Positions 1-9,874 of a stretch of DNA of 64,000 bases are shown here, one piece after another. Origin of the DNA: Bacteroidaceae bacterium (lineage in GTDB: Bacteria; Bacteroidota; Bacteroidia; Bacteroidales; Bacteroidaceae); contig JAFXHQ010000071.1 in the NCBI GenBank assembly GCA_017536325.1, forward strand, positions 573 through 64,572, in the 5' to 3' direction. A program made the position numbers and the translations under genes. Under the pieces are notes generated by a model, which was not told the origin of the DNA, did no database searches, and worked only from the letters and a program-made list of their open reading frames with translations. The stretch's first letter is position 1; the number at the start of each line of letters is the position of its first letter.

Positions 1-187
1 TGATTGGAGCGACAGCAAGGTTAAGAACATTCTCCTGACCGGCAGGACGCTCCGGTGTCTCAACAACGATAGTACCCTTGTCCCAATGCCACTTTGTTGA
101 AGGAGAAAGTGACTGTGCCTGTGCTGTTGAGCCCATAAGAGCCATTACACCACATAAGGCAAGACCGAAAAATTTCTTCAAATTCAT
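1..187 (-). CDS. 5' end of a secreted-protein gene running off the window (about 62 N-terminal codons visible)
   Basis: ATG at 187 on the minus strand gives MNLKKFFGLALCGVMALMGSTAQAQSLSPSTKWHWDKG..., a typical signal peptide. The frame stays open to position 1. Confidence 0.5.
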   Translation of the reverse strand, partial: MNLKKFFGLALCGVMALMGSTAQAQSLSPSTKWHWDKGTIVVETPERPAGQENVLNLAVAPI

Positions 188-299
188 ATTACAGTGTGTT
201 TTAAAAAATAATTGTTTGCTATTGTTCTGCAAAGATAACCAAAATTATATACCATCACAATTTTACCATAGAAATTTCCTAATCCAAAAAGAATGTATT

Positions 300-1577
300 C
301 TATTCGAGTGTGGAAAAATCAATATCGGGAGCCTCAGTAACATTGCCGGTACGCTCGAACCAGGTACCCGACTTCATATATCCGTCGAAGAAACCTCCCA
401 TGGTAAGGAAGAAACCCTCGCCCTCAACGCCACCGTTATAATCGAGACGCTGTCTCTGGTTTCCTGTCGCGTCACAGGTGAAACGGGCATGTGTCACAGG
501 CACCCACTTGCCGTCAACGGTACGTGCCCACTGGTTAGTGTAGCAGGCCTTACGGTTGATGTAACCCATAACGGGATTGAAGTTCTCAAGGAATGAGTGC
601 GCACCTGTGTACCATGTGGTTATTTGCGGACGGCGGAAAGATGCCACAAGCTGCCACTTGCCATTGTGGTTGTCGAAGAAGTAGGCTGTATATACGGTGT
701 TGCCATTGCCGTCGGGTCTTACTCCCATGAGGAAACGGCAACGCTCTCCTGCTTTCCAGTCATAGTACATATAGCTCTGGCCGCCTGAGCCCTCATTTCC
801 GAAATCATTTACCTTTACACCGTCGCCCTTCTTCACGAGTGTAACACGTAATGAATCGGGGATCTCGGACGGGTTGTCGGTGTTGAACGGACTCCACACA
901 GAAAAGAGCACCCTCCTTTTGTGAGGGCTGTTGTTCTGCATTCCGAAGTAACCCTGACCAAAACCGCAAGCCATATAATAGCTGCTTGGGATATCACCCT
1001 CTTCGGGTACTACAACCTCGTTATAGAACCACTCGACATCCTCCTCGGGAAGAGCGTATCCCAAATGCACAGATGGACCGCGACGACCGAAATGGGTGCT
1101 GAACTCAGGACCTACACAAACGACAGGAGCCACCTCGCCATCTACATAAACGGCAGCAACATTGCCGAAACCTTCACCTTTCTTTATTTTCAGGCCACGT
1201 ATATCCATTTTAACGTACCCGGGCTCCTTTACCTTGAATGTTCCAAGCTCAACACGCACCAGTTCATCGCTGTCGAGCTTCACCTTCTTTTTCTTGCCCA
1301 AGAGGGAAGCCTCAATCTTTGAATGTCCTTTTGCCTGAAGCGCGACATTCATCTTGCCGCTCTTTTCTGTCCTAAAGTAGAAACTAACAACCGTTTCCGT
1401 ATCATCCCAGCCGCGTATCTCGCAACGCTGCTCATCGATGAACACATTATTATCGGGGGCCGATGTAATATACCCGTTGCCCGACAGGGTAACGATACTC
1501 TCACTCTGTGCTACAGCCGGCAAGCCCGGGAGCATAAACAGAGCCAATGAAACAACATAGAAAAAACCTTTATTCAT
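300..1577 (-). CDS. secreted DUF5077/DUF3472-type protein
   Basis: Long ORF with signal peptide MNKGFFYVVSLALFMLPGLPAVAQS. The C-terminal half (WSPFNTDNP, YYDWKAGE, FLENFNP) matches my memory of DUF3472 proteins of Bacteroidales. The ORF-track start at 1583 is TTG; the first ATG is at 1577. Confidence 0.7.
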   Translation of the reverse strand: MNKGFFYVVSLALFMLPGLPAVAQSESIVTLSGNGYITSAPDNNVFIDEQRCEIRGWDDTETVVSFYFRTEKSGKMNVALQAKGHSKIEASLLGKKKKVKLDSDELVRVELGTFKVKEPGYVKMDIRGLKIKKGEGFGNVAAVYVDGEVAPVVCVGPEFSTHFGRRGPSVHLGYALPEEDVEWFYNEVVVPEEGDIPSSYYMACGFGQGYFGMQNNSPHKRRVLFSVWSPFNTDNPSEIPDSLRVTLVKKGDGVKVNDFGNEGSGGQSYMYYDWKAGERCRFLMGVRPDGNGNTVYTAYFFDNHNGKWQLVASFRRPQITTWYTGAHSFLENFNPVMGYINRKACYTNQWARTVDGKWVPVTHARFTCDATGNQRQRLDYNGGVEGEGFFLTMGGFFDGYMKSGTWFERTGNVTEAPDIDFSTLE

Positions 1578-1682
1578 AATCAATTAATATTAACCGAACA
1601 TCATAAAAATTGCCACCGGCATATTTTTATCCCAAACATATTACTTCTGGGATTCAGATACCGATTTTCTTTAATGACACAA

Positions 1683-2345
1683 TCATTCAACCTTGCGGTC
1701 ACCAATCCACTTGCCATAGAAGATACGGTTGTCGGCCTTTAGCAGCATCCCGTAACCGTTGCGGTAACCGCCCTTGTATTCACCATACCATAAATCACCG
1801 TTCGTATAGCAATATACGCCATATCCATGCCTTCTGCCTTTATAGAACTCGCCAAAGAATGTATCGCCATTTCCATATGTCTCTTTCTTGAAAGAATACA
1901 GCGGTTCCGGGTTCTCCTTTGACGGCACAAAGGGATATTCCAGACCAATATTGCCTTCAGGCGTGTGGACAAGCATTATCTGGCCTGTCACAAGGTCATA
2001 TACCACGTAATGCTCTTCGCTGCCGACCTTGGCAACCTGTTCGGACATTACTATGCCGAACATGAAACGGTTGTTGGAATATTGGCCGTAGGAGCTTATT
2101 CCTGAAGCTGAAAAGACAGTACCCCAACCATAAAGCTGGTCATCTATGACGGTACCACGGTATTCACCGCCTTCACTGGAAATGACATTGAAACTCGATT
2201 CGCGTGCCACGTAATCACAGAAAACCGACTGCAGAGGGTCGCACATGACATCATAGAGCCTTGTACAATCCTGAGCCTGTGACACCAAAGGCAAACCGAC
2301 AAGCAAGGAAAGGAGATATCTCTTCATTCTTATGATAAATTTCAT
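1683..2345 (-). CDS. MORN-repeat protein with signal peptide
   Basis: C-terminal YxGxxxxGxxxGxG units (YGNGDTFFGEFYKGRRHGYGVY, YTNGDLWYGEYKGGYRNGYGML). N-terminus MKRYLLSLLVGLPLVSQAQ. An alternative ATG lies at 2327. Confidence 0.7.
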   Translation of the reverse strand: MKFIIRMKRYLLSLLVGLPLVSQAQDCTRLYDVMCDPLQSVFCDYVARESSFNVISSEGGEYRGTVIDDQLYGWGTVFSASGISSYGQYSNNRFMFGIVMSEQVAKVGSEEHYVVYDLVTGQIMLVHTPEGNIGLEYPFVPSKENPEPLYSFKKETYGNGDTFFGEFYKGRRHGYGVYCYTNGDLWYGEYKGGYRNGYGMLLKADNRIFYGKWIGDRKVE

Positions 2346-2351
2346 GTCTAA

Positions 2352-2927
2352 TTAAATGTATAGTTTATTTTCATGTATGTATTGCGCTACTGCCGGATGC
2401 ACATAAGCATCAATGCTACCACCTTTCGACACCAAATCACGCACCATTGTAGAACTCACATCATAAAGAGGCGACTTAAGCCACACGACACCATTGGGGA
2501 GAGGCGGCTGTTCCTCATTACCGCGCGGATATACTATTATTCCGTACCGCGCAACAATCTCGTCATGCCTATGCCAACGATCGAATTTTTCCCAATTGTC
2601 GGCTCCTACAAGAAGGCAGAACTCCTTGTCAGGAAAATGTTTCTCCAACGCGGCAAGAGTATTTATGGTATATGAAGGACGCGGAAGAGTGAACTCGAAG
2701 TCGCTTGCAACAAAACCCTCATCACCATCAATAGCAAGCTTCACCATATTCAGTCTATGCCGCTCATCACTCAAACAGCAATCCTGCTTATGCGGGTTTT
2801 GCGGAGAAACCATAAACCATACCTCACGGGCAAGACCCTGCCTGCACACCTCGCGGGCAAGTGCAAGATGACCGACATGGATGGGGTCGAAACTACCTCC
2901 AAAGATTACAATACGGCTCTTACTCAT
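2352..2927 (-). CDS. nadD: nicotinate-nucleotide adenylyltransferase
   Basis: IVIFGGSFDPIHVGHL nucleotidyltransferase motif and typical length. The ORF-track TTG start at 2942 is replaced by the ATG at 2927 (MSKSRIVIFGG). Confidence 0.9.
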   Translation of the reverse strand: MSKSRIVIFGGSFDPIHVGHLALAREVCRQGLAREVWFMVSPQNPHKQDCCLSDERHRLNMVKLAIDGDEGFVASDFEFTLPRPSYTINTLAALEKHFPDKEFCLLVGADNWEKFDRWHRHDEIVARYGIIVYPRGNEEQPPLPNGVVWLKSPLYDVSSTMVRDLVSKGGSIDAYVHPAVAQYIHENKLYI

Positions 2928-3486
2928 CAAGAAATTTTTCAACAGCCGACATTACATCCCTTTTCGCATCGGCAAGGTTATCGTTTACTATGACCCTATC
3001 GGCAAACTTGGCAAAGGTCATCTCATATTCAGCCTTACTCACACGTTTGTCAATCTCTTCGGGCAATGTATCGCCACGATTCACCAGACGTTCGCGCAGA
3101 GTCTCTATCGACGGTGCCTGAACAAAGATGAAAAGAGCCCTGTTGCCATAATAACGCTTGAGATTGCAACCGCCTTTCACATCTACATCGAAAAGGATAT
3201 TCTGATGTTCCAACTGACGTTCTACCTGTGATTTCAGCGTTCCGTAAAAACGTCCCGGATAAACCTCTTCGTACTCCACGAACTCGTCGGCAGCTATGCG
3301 TGAACGGAATTCATCAGGTGTAAAGAAGAAATAGTCTATACCGTGTTTCTCCTCACCACGTGGCGGGCGGCTTGTAGCCGAGACCGAAAAGCCGAAAGTA
3401 GGGTCCTGCTCCATCAGGAAATGTACAAGCGTTGACTTTCCAGACCCAGAAGGTGCCGAAAAAATAACAACCTTTCCTTTACTCAT
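2920..3486 (-). CDS. gmk: guanylate kinase
   Basis: P-loop SAPSGSGKSTL, then ATSRPPRGEEKHGIDYFF; 188 aa. Confidence 0.95.
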   Translation of the reverse strand: MSKGKVVIFSAPSGSGKSTLVHFLMEQDPTFGFSVSATSRPPRGEEKHGIDYFFFTPDEFRSRIAADEFVEYEEVYPGRFYGTLKSQVERQLEHQNILFDVDVKGGCNLKRYYGNRALFIFVQAPSIETLRERLVNRGDTLPEEIDKRVSKAEYEMTFAKFADRVIVNDNLADAKRDVMSAVEKFLDE

Positions 3487-3492
3487 ATTTCT

Positions 3493-4368
3493 TTACATTA
3501 CGTTTAATACTTGCTCCTTGATCTGCTCGAGTTCATCCTTCATTTTCACAACTATATTCTGCATCTCGGCATGATTGCTCTTGCTTCCCAACGTATTTAT
3601 CTCCCTACCCATTTCCTGAGCTATAAAACCGAGTTTCTTGCCTTGTCCACGTTCACCATCCATGGTCTCGACAAAGTAATTCAGGTGATTGGTCAAACGT
3701 TGCTTTTCCTCGTTTACATCGAGCTTTTCGATATAGAATATCAGTTCCTGTTCCAAGCGGTTTCTGTCATATTCGACACCGGCCAGTTTTTCAAGCGAAT
3801 CGGTAATGCGTGTACTGATTTTTTCCACACGCTCCTTTTCGTACGGTTCTATCGAGCGCAACAGAGAGGATATGTTGTTTATCTTGTCGCGGAATTTAGC
3901 GGCAAGAGCCTCGCCCTCCTGACGGCGGAAGTCCAGCAGTTCGGCTATGGCAGCCTTCACACCCTCAAGCACTACAGTCCACTCCTCGTCGGAAACGTCG
4001 TATATCTCCTTACGTGCAACCACATCAGGCATACGCATGAGAACCTCGAACATATTATCAGGCAATGCGACCCCGGTCTCTTTTGAGGCATCGCGCATCT
4101 GTTGGGCATAAGTCTGCATCACCGGAACATTTATCGAGGGTGTCTCGGGCTTTTCGCCCTGCTCAACCCAGAGAGAAAAATCAACTTTTCCACGCTCCAA
4201 TGCCGTTGTAACAAGCGTGCGTACCTCCATCTCACGGCTCTTGAACTGCGGTGCCATACGTGTTGACAAGTCCATGGACTTACCATTCAAAGAACGTATC
4301 TCCACACAAATCTTCCTATCCTGAAAAAGAATCACGGACTTACCGTAACCAGTCATCGAATATATCAT
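3493..4368 (-). CDS. yicC: YicC/YloC family stress-induced protein
   Basis: MIYSMTGYGKS N-terminus and C-terminal QEMGREINTLGSKSN motif. Start taken at ATG 4368 rather than the ORF maximum at 4440. Confidence 0.85.
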   Translation of the reverse strand: MIYSMTGYGKSVILFQDRKICVEIRSLNGKSMDLSTRMAPQFKSREMEVRTLVTTALERGKVDFSLWVEQGEKPETPSINVPVMQTYAQQMRDASKETGVALPDNMFEVLMRMPDVVARKEIYDVSDEEWTVVLEGVKAAIAELLDFRRQEGEALAAKFRDKINNISSLLRSIEPYEKERVEKISTRITDSLEKLAGVEYDRNRLEQELIFYIEKLDVNEEKQRLTNHLNYFVETMDGERGQGKKLGFIAQEMGREINTLGSKSNHAEMQNIVVKMKDELEQIKEQVLNVM

Positions 4369-4539
4369 AGTATCAAATAGTTTTGCCAACACACCGCACA
4401 TAAAAGCGTACGGAACATTACTTCTGGCGAAGTTACTCAAATATTTGGAATATTCCGAACATGAGCAACTTTTTTGCCATTATTGACACAAAACTTATTT
4501 AAAAAATATTATTTATTAGCAAGTATAGCATTTAATTTG

Positions 4540-4547
4540 TATTTTTG
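4540..4547 (+). promoter_or_regulatory. candidate Bacteroidales -7 promoter box (TATTTTTG) for tsaB
   Basis: Exact match to TAnnTTTG, 55 nt upstream of the tsaB ATG, in an AT-rich divergent intergenic region. Confidence 0.4.
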
Positions 4548-4601
4548 CGTTTAAATGCCATACATGCGTAATAGTGCGCAAAAGCAAACAGAAACAAATT
4601 G

Positions 4602-5297
4602 ATGAAGACTGTAATACTTAACATAGAGGCTTCCACAGAGATATGTTCGGTTGCACTGAGCCAGGACGGTTTTGTCTTTTTCGAAAGGGTAAACCGCGAG
4701 GAACGTTCACATGCTCAGGTACTTGCGCCTTTTGTAGAGGAAGCACTTAGCGAGGCCGACAGAGCCGGCGAGAAAATCAATGCTGTGGCACTCAGCTGTG
4801 GTCCGGGTTCATACACAAGCCTCAGGATTGCATCATCCACAGCCAAGGGGGTATGCTACGGGCGCGACATTCCGCTGATTGCCATACCCACAACCGCAAT
4901 AATGTGCGTGCCGGTACTGTTCCGCGACGACATACCAGACGATGCACTGCTCTGCCCTATGATAGATGCACGCCGTAACGAGGTATATGCCACCATATAC
5001 AACAGGGCACTGGAGGTGGTGAAGGAGACTCATGCCGAGGTGGTGACAGAAGAGAGCTACCGCGAACTGCTCGACAAACAGCCGATATTCTTCTTCGGCA
5101 ACGGTGCCGGGAAATGCAGCGACATAATATCACACCCCAATGCCCACTTCCTCAATGAGCATCAGCACCCGTTGGCAAAGAACATGATGCCTCTTGCAGA
5201 AAGAAGCTGGTTCAACGAGAAATTCGAGGATATTGCATACTTTGAGCCGTTCTACCTGAAGAACTTCATAGCAACCAAGCCAAAGAATTTATTATAA
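4602..5297 (+). CDS. tsaB: tRNA threonylcarbamoyladenosine biosynthesis protein TsaB
   Basis: ILNIEASTEICSVAL and CGPGSYTSLRI motifs of the TsaB/YeaZ family. ATG at 4602; the ORF-track start at 4599 is TTG. Confidence 0.85.
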   Translation: MKTVILNIEASTEICSVALSQDGFVFFERVNREERSHAQVLAPFVEEALSEADRAGEKINAVALSCGPGSYTSLRIASSTAKGVCYGRDIPLIAIPTTAIMCVPVLFRDDIPDDALLCPMIDARRNEVYATIYNRALEVVKETHAEVVTEESYRELLDKQPIFFFGNGAGKCSDIISHPNAHFLNEHQHPLAKNMMPLAERSWFNEKFEDIAYFEPFYLKNFIATKPKNLL

Positions 5298-5318
5298 AGA
5301 CAAAAACAGGCTACAGAT

Positions 5319-5945
5319 ATGATGGAATACAATACCAAACAAAAGAAGTTGCCGTTACCTGAATACGGACGTTCGGTGCAGAAGATGGTTGACCATGCCC
5401 TTACAATCGAAGATAGGGAGGAGAGACAGAAATGCGCGGAAACCATAATACGCGTTATGGGCAGCATGTTCCCCAACCTACGCAACTTGCCTGACTATGA
5501 ACGCAAGCTGTGGGACCATCTGGCAATAATGTCCGGTTTCAAGTTGGAAATAGACTACCCGTTCGAGGTAATCAAGGAAGAGGAATTCAATGTTCCGCCA
5601 CAGAGAGTGCCATACCAGTCGGGTGAGATAAGGAACAGACACTATGGACGCATCGTAGAGGAGATGATTGCCTATGCCATAACACTTGACGAGGGGGAAG
5701 AGCGTGAGCAGCTGATAGAGCTGATATGCATACAGATGAAGAAGAACTACATTGCCTGGAACAAGGACAATGTAGATGACAGGAAGATTCTTGACGATTT
5801 GCGTGCATACACGAACGGAGCCATTGACATAGCCGATAGGGAGATAAGGACCAATCTGGGAAGCAACAACCACCAGCAACAGCGTGGCGGAAAGCGTATC
5901 GGCGGCAACGGCAACAACAAAAAGAACTACAAGAAAAAATTCTGA
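5319..5945 (+). CDS. DUF4290 domain protein
   Basis: MEYNTKQKKLPLPEYGRSVQKMVDHA N-terminus recalled from DUF4290 proteins, which sit just upstream of murA in Bacteroidota. Basic Gly/Asn/Lys tail. Confidence 0.7.
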   Translation: MMEYNTKQKKLPLPEYGRSVQKMVDHALTIEDREERQKCAETIIRVMGSMFPNLRNLPDYERKLWDHLAIMSGFKLEIDYPFEVIKEEEFNVPPQRVPYQSGEIRNRHYGRIVEEMIAYAITLDEGEEREQLIELICIQMKKNYIAWNKDNVDDRKILDDLRAYTNGAIDIADREIRTNLGSNNHQQQRGGKRIGGNGNNKKNYKKKF

Positions 5946-5963
5946 ACATAAACGACAGACACT

Positions 5964-7268
5964 ATGGCATCATTCATTATAGAAGGAGGGCACAAGCTTA
6001 ACGGAACCATCACTCCACAGGGAGCAAAGAACGAGGTTCTGCAAGAGATATGCGCCACACTGCTCACAAACGAAAAGGTAACTATCGAGAACATCCCTGA
6101 CATTGCCGATGTGAACAACCTCATCAACCAATTGATGAACATGGGTGTTTCGGTAACCCGCAACGGAGTCGGATGCTTCACATTCCAGGCAGACAACATA
6201 AACCTCGACTATATCGACAGCGAGGAGTATATCAACGGCTGTTCCCGTCTAAGGGGGTCAGTGATGTTCATAGGTCCCCTCATGGGACGTTTCGGCAAAG
6301 CCACAATGTCGGAGCCCGGCGGCGACAAAATCGGACGCAGAAGACTCGACACGCACATCATAGGTCTCCAGAAATTGGGTGCGGAATTCTCATTCGACAC
6401 AGAGAAGCGAATATACAGGATGAATGCGAAAAAGCTTAAAGGCTGTTACATGCTTCTCGATGAGGCCTCGGTAACAGGTACCGCGAATATAATAATGGCC
6501 GCAGTACTTGCCGAAGGCACTACAAAAATCTACAATGCAGCCTGTGAGCCATACATACAGCAGTTATGCCGCATGCTCAACAAAATGGGAGCAAAGATAT
6601 CAGGCATAGCAAGCAACCTTCTCACAATAGAGGGGGTTGGCGAACTGCATGGCTGTACACACCGTGCGCTGCCCGACATGATTGAGGTAGGCAGTTTCAT
6701 CGGTATGGCAGCAATGACACAGAGCGAAATTACAATCAAGGATGTTTCTTTCGAAAACCTGGGAATAATCCCCGAAAGTTTCCGCCGTCTGGGAATAAAG
6801 TTCGAACAGAGAGGTGACGACCTGTTCATACCGGAGCAGGAGCACTATGAGATTGATTCCTTCATCGATGGTTCGATAATGAATATCAGCGATGCCCCCT
6901 GGCCTGGATTGACACCGGACCTTCTGAGTGTACTGCTTGTGACCGCAATACAGGCCAAAGGCAGTGTCCTAATACACCAGAAGATGTTCGAGAGTCGTCT
7001 GTTCTTTGTTGACAAGCTCATCGATATGGGTGCACAGATTATCCTGTGCGACCCTCACAGAGCCGTTGTCATAGGACACGACAGACGTTTCACCCTTAAA
7101 CCGCGTTCAATGAGTTCACCAGACATTAGGGCCGGAATCGCATTGCTCATTGCCGCAATGAGTGCCGAAGGCGTTAGCAGAATCGACAATATCGAGCAGA
7201 TTGACCGAGGATATCAGAACCTCGAAGAGAGACTCAACCAGTTAGGGGCCAAGATAACACGTTCATAA
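5964..7268 (+). CDS. murA: UDP-N-acetylglucosamine 1-carboxyvinyltransferase
   Basis: 434-aa ORF with GAKNEVLQ, LDEASVTGT and RAGIALLIAA segments typical of MurA. Confidence 0.95.
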   Translation: MASFIIEGGHKLNGTITPQGAKNEVLQEICATLLTNEKVTIENIPDIADVNNLINQLMNMGVSVTRNGVGCFTFQADNINLDYIDSEEYINGCSRLRGSVMFIGPLMGRFGKATMSEPGGDKIGRRRLDTHIIGLQKLGAEFSFDTEKRIYRMNAKKLKGCYMLLDEASVTGTANIIMAAVLAEGTTKIYNAACEPYIQQLCRMLNKMGAKISGIASNLLTIEGVGELHGCTHRALPDMIEVGSFIGMAAMTQSEITIKDVSFENLGIIPESFRRLGIKFEQRGDDLFIPEQEHYEIDSFIDGSIMNISDAPWPGLTPDLLSVLLVTAIQAKGSVLIHQKMFESRLFFVDKLIDMGAQIILCDPHRAVVIGHDRRFTLKPRSMSSPDIRAGIALLIAAMSAEGVSRIDNIEQIDRGYQNLEERLNQLGAKITRS

Positions 7269-7272
7269 GAAG

Positions 7273-7782
7273 ATGCTTAAGAAAGAGGATTTCGTATATT
7301 TCGGCAAATTCCTTAAACCGCATGGTACAAAAGGAGAGATTGCACTGCAGTGCGACACCATTGAACTCGGAGAAGATTGCGATTTTGTGGCATGTGACAT
7401 TGACGGCATTCTTGTCCCTTTCTTCTTTGAGAGTACAAGAAACAAGAACAATGACACCCTCATCGTAAAGGTCGAGCGCATGGAGAGTGCCGAAGAGGTC
7501 CGTTACCTCACCAACCGTACTGCATACATACCGCGCGAATGGGCCGAAGAGAGCGAGGTCCTTTCCTGGAACTATTTTCTGGGATTCAATGCCGTTGATG
7601 AAAAACTGGGAGCCATCGGCGAAATTACAGACATTGACGAAAGCACGATAAACACGCTGTTTGTCATTGACAAAGGAGATGATGAGATTCTGATTCCCGT
7701 ACAGGAGGAGTTCATAACCGAAATAGACCACGACAACAAGAGAATAATGTTCAGGCTCCCCGAAGGGCTTGTGACTCTATAA
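7273..7782 (+). CDS. rimM: ribosome maturation factor RimM
   Basis: FGKFLKPHGTKGEI N-terminal RimM motif and a PRC-barrel-like C-terminus; 169 aa. Confidence 0.85.
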   Translation: MLKKEDFVYFGKFLKPHGTKGEIALQCDTIELGEDCDFVACDIDGILVPFFFESTRNKNNDTLIVKVERMESAEEVRYLTNRTAYIPREWAEESEVLSWNYFLGFNAVDEKLGAIGEITDIDESTINTLFVIDKGDDEILIPVQEEFITEIDHDNKRIMFRLPEGLVTL

Positions 7783-7794
7783 AAACAGGAGAAT

Positions 7795-8649
7795 ATGAAA
7801 AAGAAAGGATTCGGCAGCAAACTGCTACGCAAGTACCGCCTTACGATACACAATGAGAACAAATTGGAGAACGTACTCGGTTTCTACATATCTCCGCTAT
7901 GGGTTATACTGTCACTCTTTTTCTCATTTCTGCTGGTAGCAGGAGTGCTATACCTTATTGTCGTGTTCACGCCTGTAGGCAACCTCTTGCCCGGATACAT
8001 GAGCGAAGACACAAAAGAGAAACTCATAAGCAACAACATCCGGATTGACTCGCTTACACGGGAGGTTGAGAAACAGGACAGATATATTGCCAACATAAGT
8101 GCCATTCTACGTGGCGACACCATAGGCAGCGCAGCAATGCCGCTACCTGAGACATTCCATGCCGACAGCATAAATATCGGCAGAAGCGAATTGGAAGGGA
8201 CATTCATAAACGGATGGGAAGAACGCGAAAAGCACAACCTCATATCACAGGCTACAACAGTAGCCAGCCTATATGAGCTAAACCTTTTCAGACCCACACA
8301 AGGGGAGGTGATAACACCCTTTGATGCAGAAGGTGGACACTTCGGGGTTGATATCGCTGAACTGCCCGGAGAGAGTGTACTTGCAATTCACGACGGAACT
8401 GTTGTAATGAGCGACTACACCGCCAACGACGGATATACGATAGTCATACAGCATAGGGAAAATCTCATATCGGTATATCGTAACTGCCACCGCCTGTTGA
8501 AGAGCGTAGGCGAAAAGGTAATTGGCGGAGAGGCCATCGGTATCCTCAATGACGGCAACGATGACAACGCAAGCAAGAAGGCATACCTCCATTTCGAGCT
8601 TTGGCACAGAGGAAAGCCGCTTGATCCCAACATCTATATTGCCTTTTAA
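7795..8649 (+). CDS. M23 family metallopeptidase (membrane anchored)
   Basis: N-terminal TM helix. GGHFGVDIA ... YLHFELW motifs of LytM/M23 peptidases. Confidence 0.85.
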   Translation: MKKKGFGSKLLRKYRLTIHNENKLENVLGFYISPLWVILSLFFSFLLVAGVLYLIVVFTPVGNLLPGYMSEDTKEKLISNNIRIDSLTREVEKQDRYIANISAILRGDTIGSAAMPLPETFHADSINIGRSELEGTFINGWEEREKHNLISQATTVASLYELNLFRPTQGEVITPFDAEGGHFGVDIAELPGESVLAIHDGTVVMSDYTANDGYTIVIQHRENLISVYRNCHRLLKSVGEKVIGGEAIGILNDGNDDNASKKAYLHFELWHRGKPLDPNIYIAF

Positions 8650-8671
8650 CAGAACATTAACAAAAACATAT

Positions 8672-9832
8672 ATGGAGTCAACAAGAAAAAGACAAATTGC
8701 AATTCTTGGTTCTACAGGTTCTATCGGAACACAAACCTTACAGGTTGTCGAGGAACATCCCGAATGTTTCGAGGTATATGCAATAACTGCGAACACACGT
8801 GTCGATGAACTTATAGCCCAGGCACGCAAATTCATGCCTGAAGCCGTAGTCATTGCCGACGACAGCAAATACCCCAAGTTGAAGGAAGCTCTTGCAGATC
8901 TTCCTATAAAGGTATTCGGAGGATATGAATCGGTATGCCAGATTGTAGAAGCAGCACCTATAGACATTGTCGTTACGGCAATGGTCGGTTTTTCAGGGTT
9001 ACGCCCGACAATTAATGCAATAAAGGCTGGCAAAGCCATTGCACTGGCAAACAAGGAGACCATGGTTGTGGCAGGAGAACTCATCAATGCCCTCGCCATT
9101 GAGAACAGGACACCGATACTGCCTGTCGATTCAGAACACTCGGCAATATTCCAGTGTCTTGCCGGAGAGATGGACAACAGAATAGAGAAACTTATCCTCA
9201 CTGCATCGGGAGGTCCATTCCGCACATTCACGAAGGAGCAGCTTGAACATGTCACCAAGGAACAGGCACTGAAACACCCCAACTGGAGTATGGGTGCAAA
9301 GATTACCATAGATTCGGCATCCATGATGAACAAGGGCTTTGAAGTTATGGAGGCCAAATGGCTGTTCGGAGTAGGAGCCGAAGACATTGAGGTGGTTATC
9401 CACCCACAGTCGGTAATACATTCTATGGTACAGTTCGAGGACGGAGCCATCAAGGCACAATTGGGAACGCCCGACATGCGCCTGCCGATAATGTATGCAC
9501 TCACATATCCGAAACGTCTATCATCGTCGTTCGGCCGCATTGATTGGAGGAACACCGGTGAACTCACATTCGAGACCCCCGACCTGGAACTCTTCCCGAA
9601 TCTGAAGCATGCCTACGATGCACTTGCCATAGGAGGCAACATACCATGTGTGGTAAATGCAGCGAACGAGATATGCGTTGCGGCATTCCTCAACGACCGC
9701 ATAAAGTTCACCGACATGCCGAAGCTTATCGGGAAAGCCATGGAACAGGCAACATACATCCTAAAACCGACACTTGAGGACTACCTTGAGACAGACAAGG
9801 AGGTGCGCAGCATGGTTGAGAGCTGGATTTGA
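8672..9832 (+). CDS. dxr: 1-deoxy-D-xylulose-5-phosphate reductoisomerase
   Basis: IAILGSTGSIGTQTL NADPH-binding N-terminus, then DSEHSAIFQC and NKGFEVMEA. Start set at ATG 8672 because the ORF-track extension back to 8522 overlaps the M23 gene. Confidence 0.95.
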   Translation: MESTRKRQIAILGSTGSIGTQTLQVVEEHPECFEVYAITANTRVDELIAQARKFMPEAVVIADDSKYPKLKEALADLPIKVFGGYESVCQIVEAAPIDIVVTAMVGFSGLRPTINAIKAGKAIALANKETMVVAGELINALAIENRTPILPVDSEHSAIFQCLAGEMDNRIEKLILTASGGPFRTFTKEQLEHVTKEQALKHPNWSMGAKITIDSASMMNKGFEVMEAKWLFGVGAEDIEVVIHPQSVIHSMVQFEDGAIKAQLGTPDMRLPIMYALTYPKRLSSSFGRIDWRNTGELTFETPDLELFPNLKHAYDALAIGGNIPCVVNAANEICVAAFLNDRIKFTDMPKLIGKAMEQATYILKPTLEDYLETDKEVRSMVESWI

Positions 9833-9874
9833 TTTAAAGAAACAACATAAAAACGAAAAAAGCAATAAACAAAT

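Noticed and set aside
8522-8671. N-terminal extension of the dxr ORF back to 8522
   Set aside because: It overlaps the 3' end of the M23 peptidase gene by 128 nt and adds non-homologous sequence. The canonical Dxr N-terminus begins at ATG 8672.
8278-9567. 429-aa minus-strand ORF covering the dxr region
   Set aside because: It is antisense to a strongly supported dxr gene, its translation is low-complexity Ser/Ala/Ile-rich with no recognisable motif, and it overlaps the M23 gene. This is a shadow ORF.
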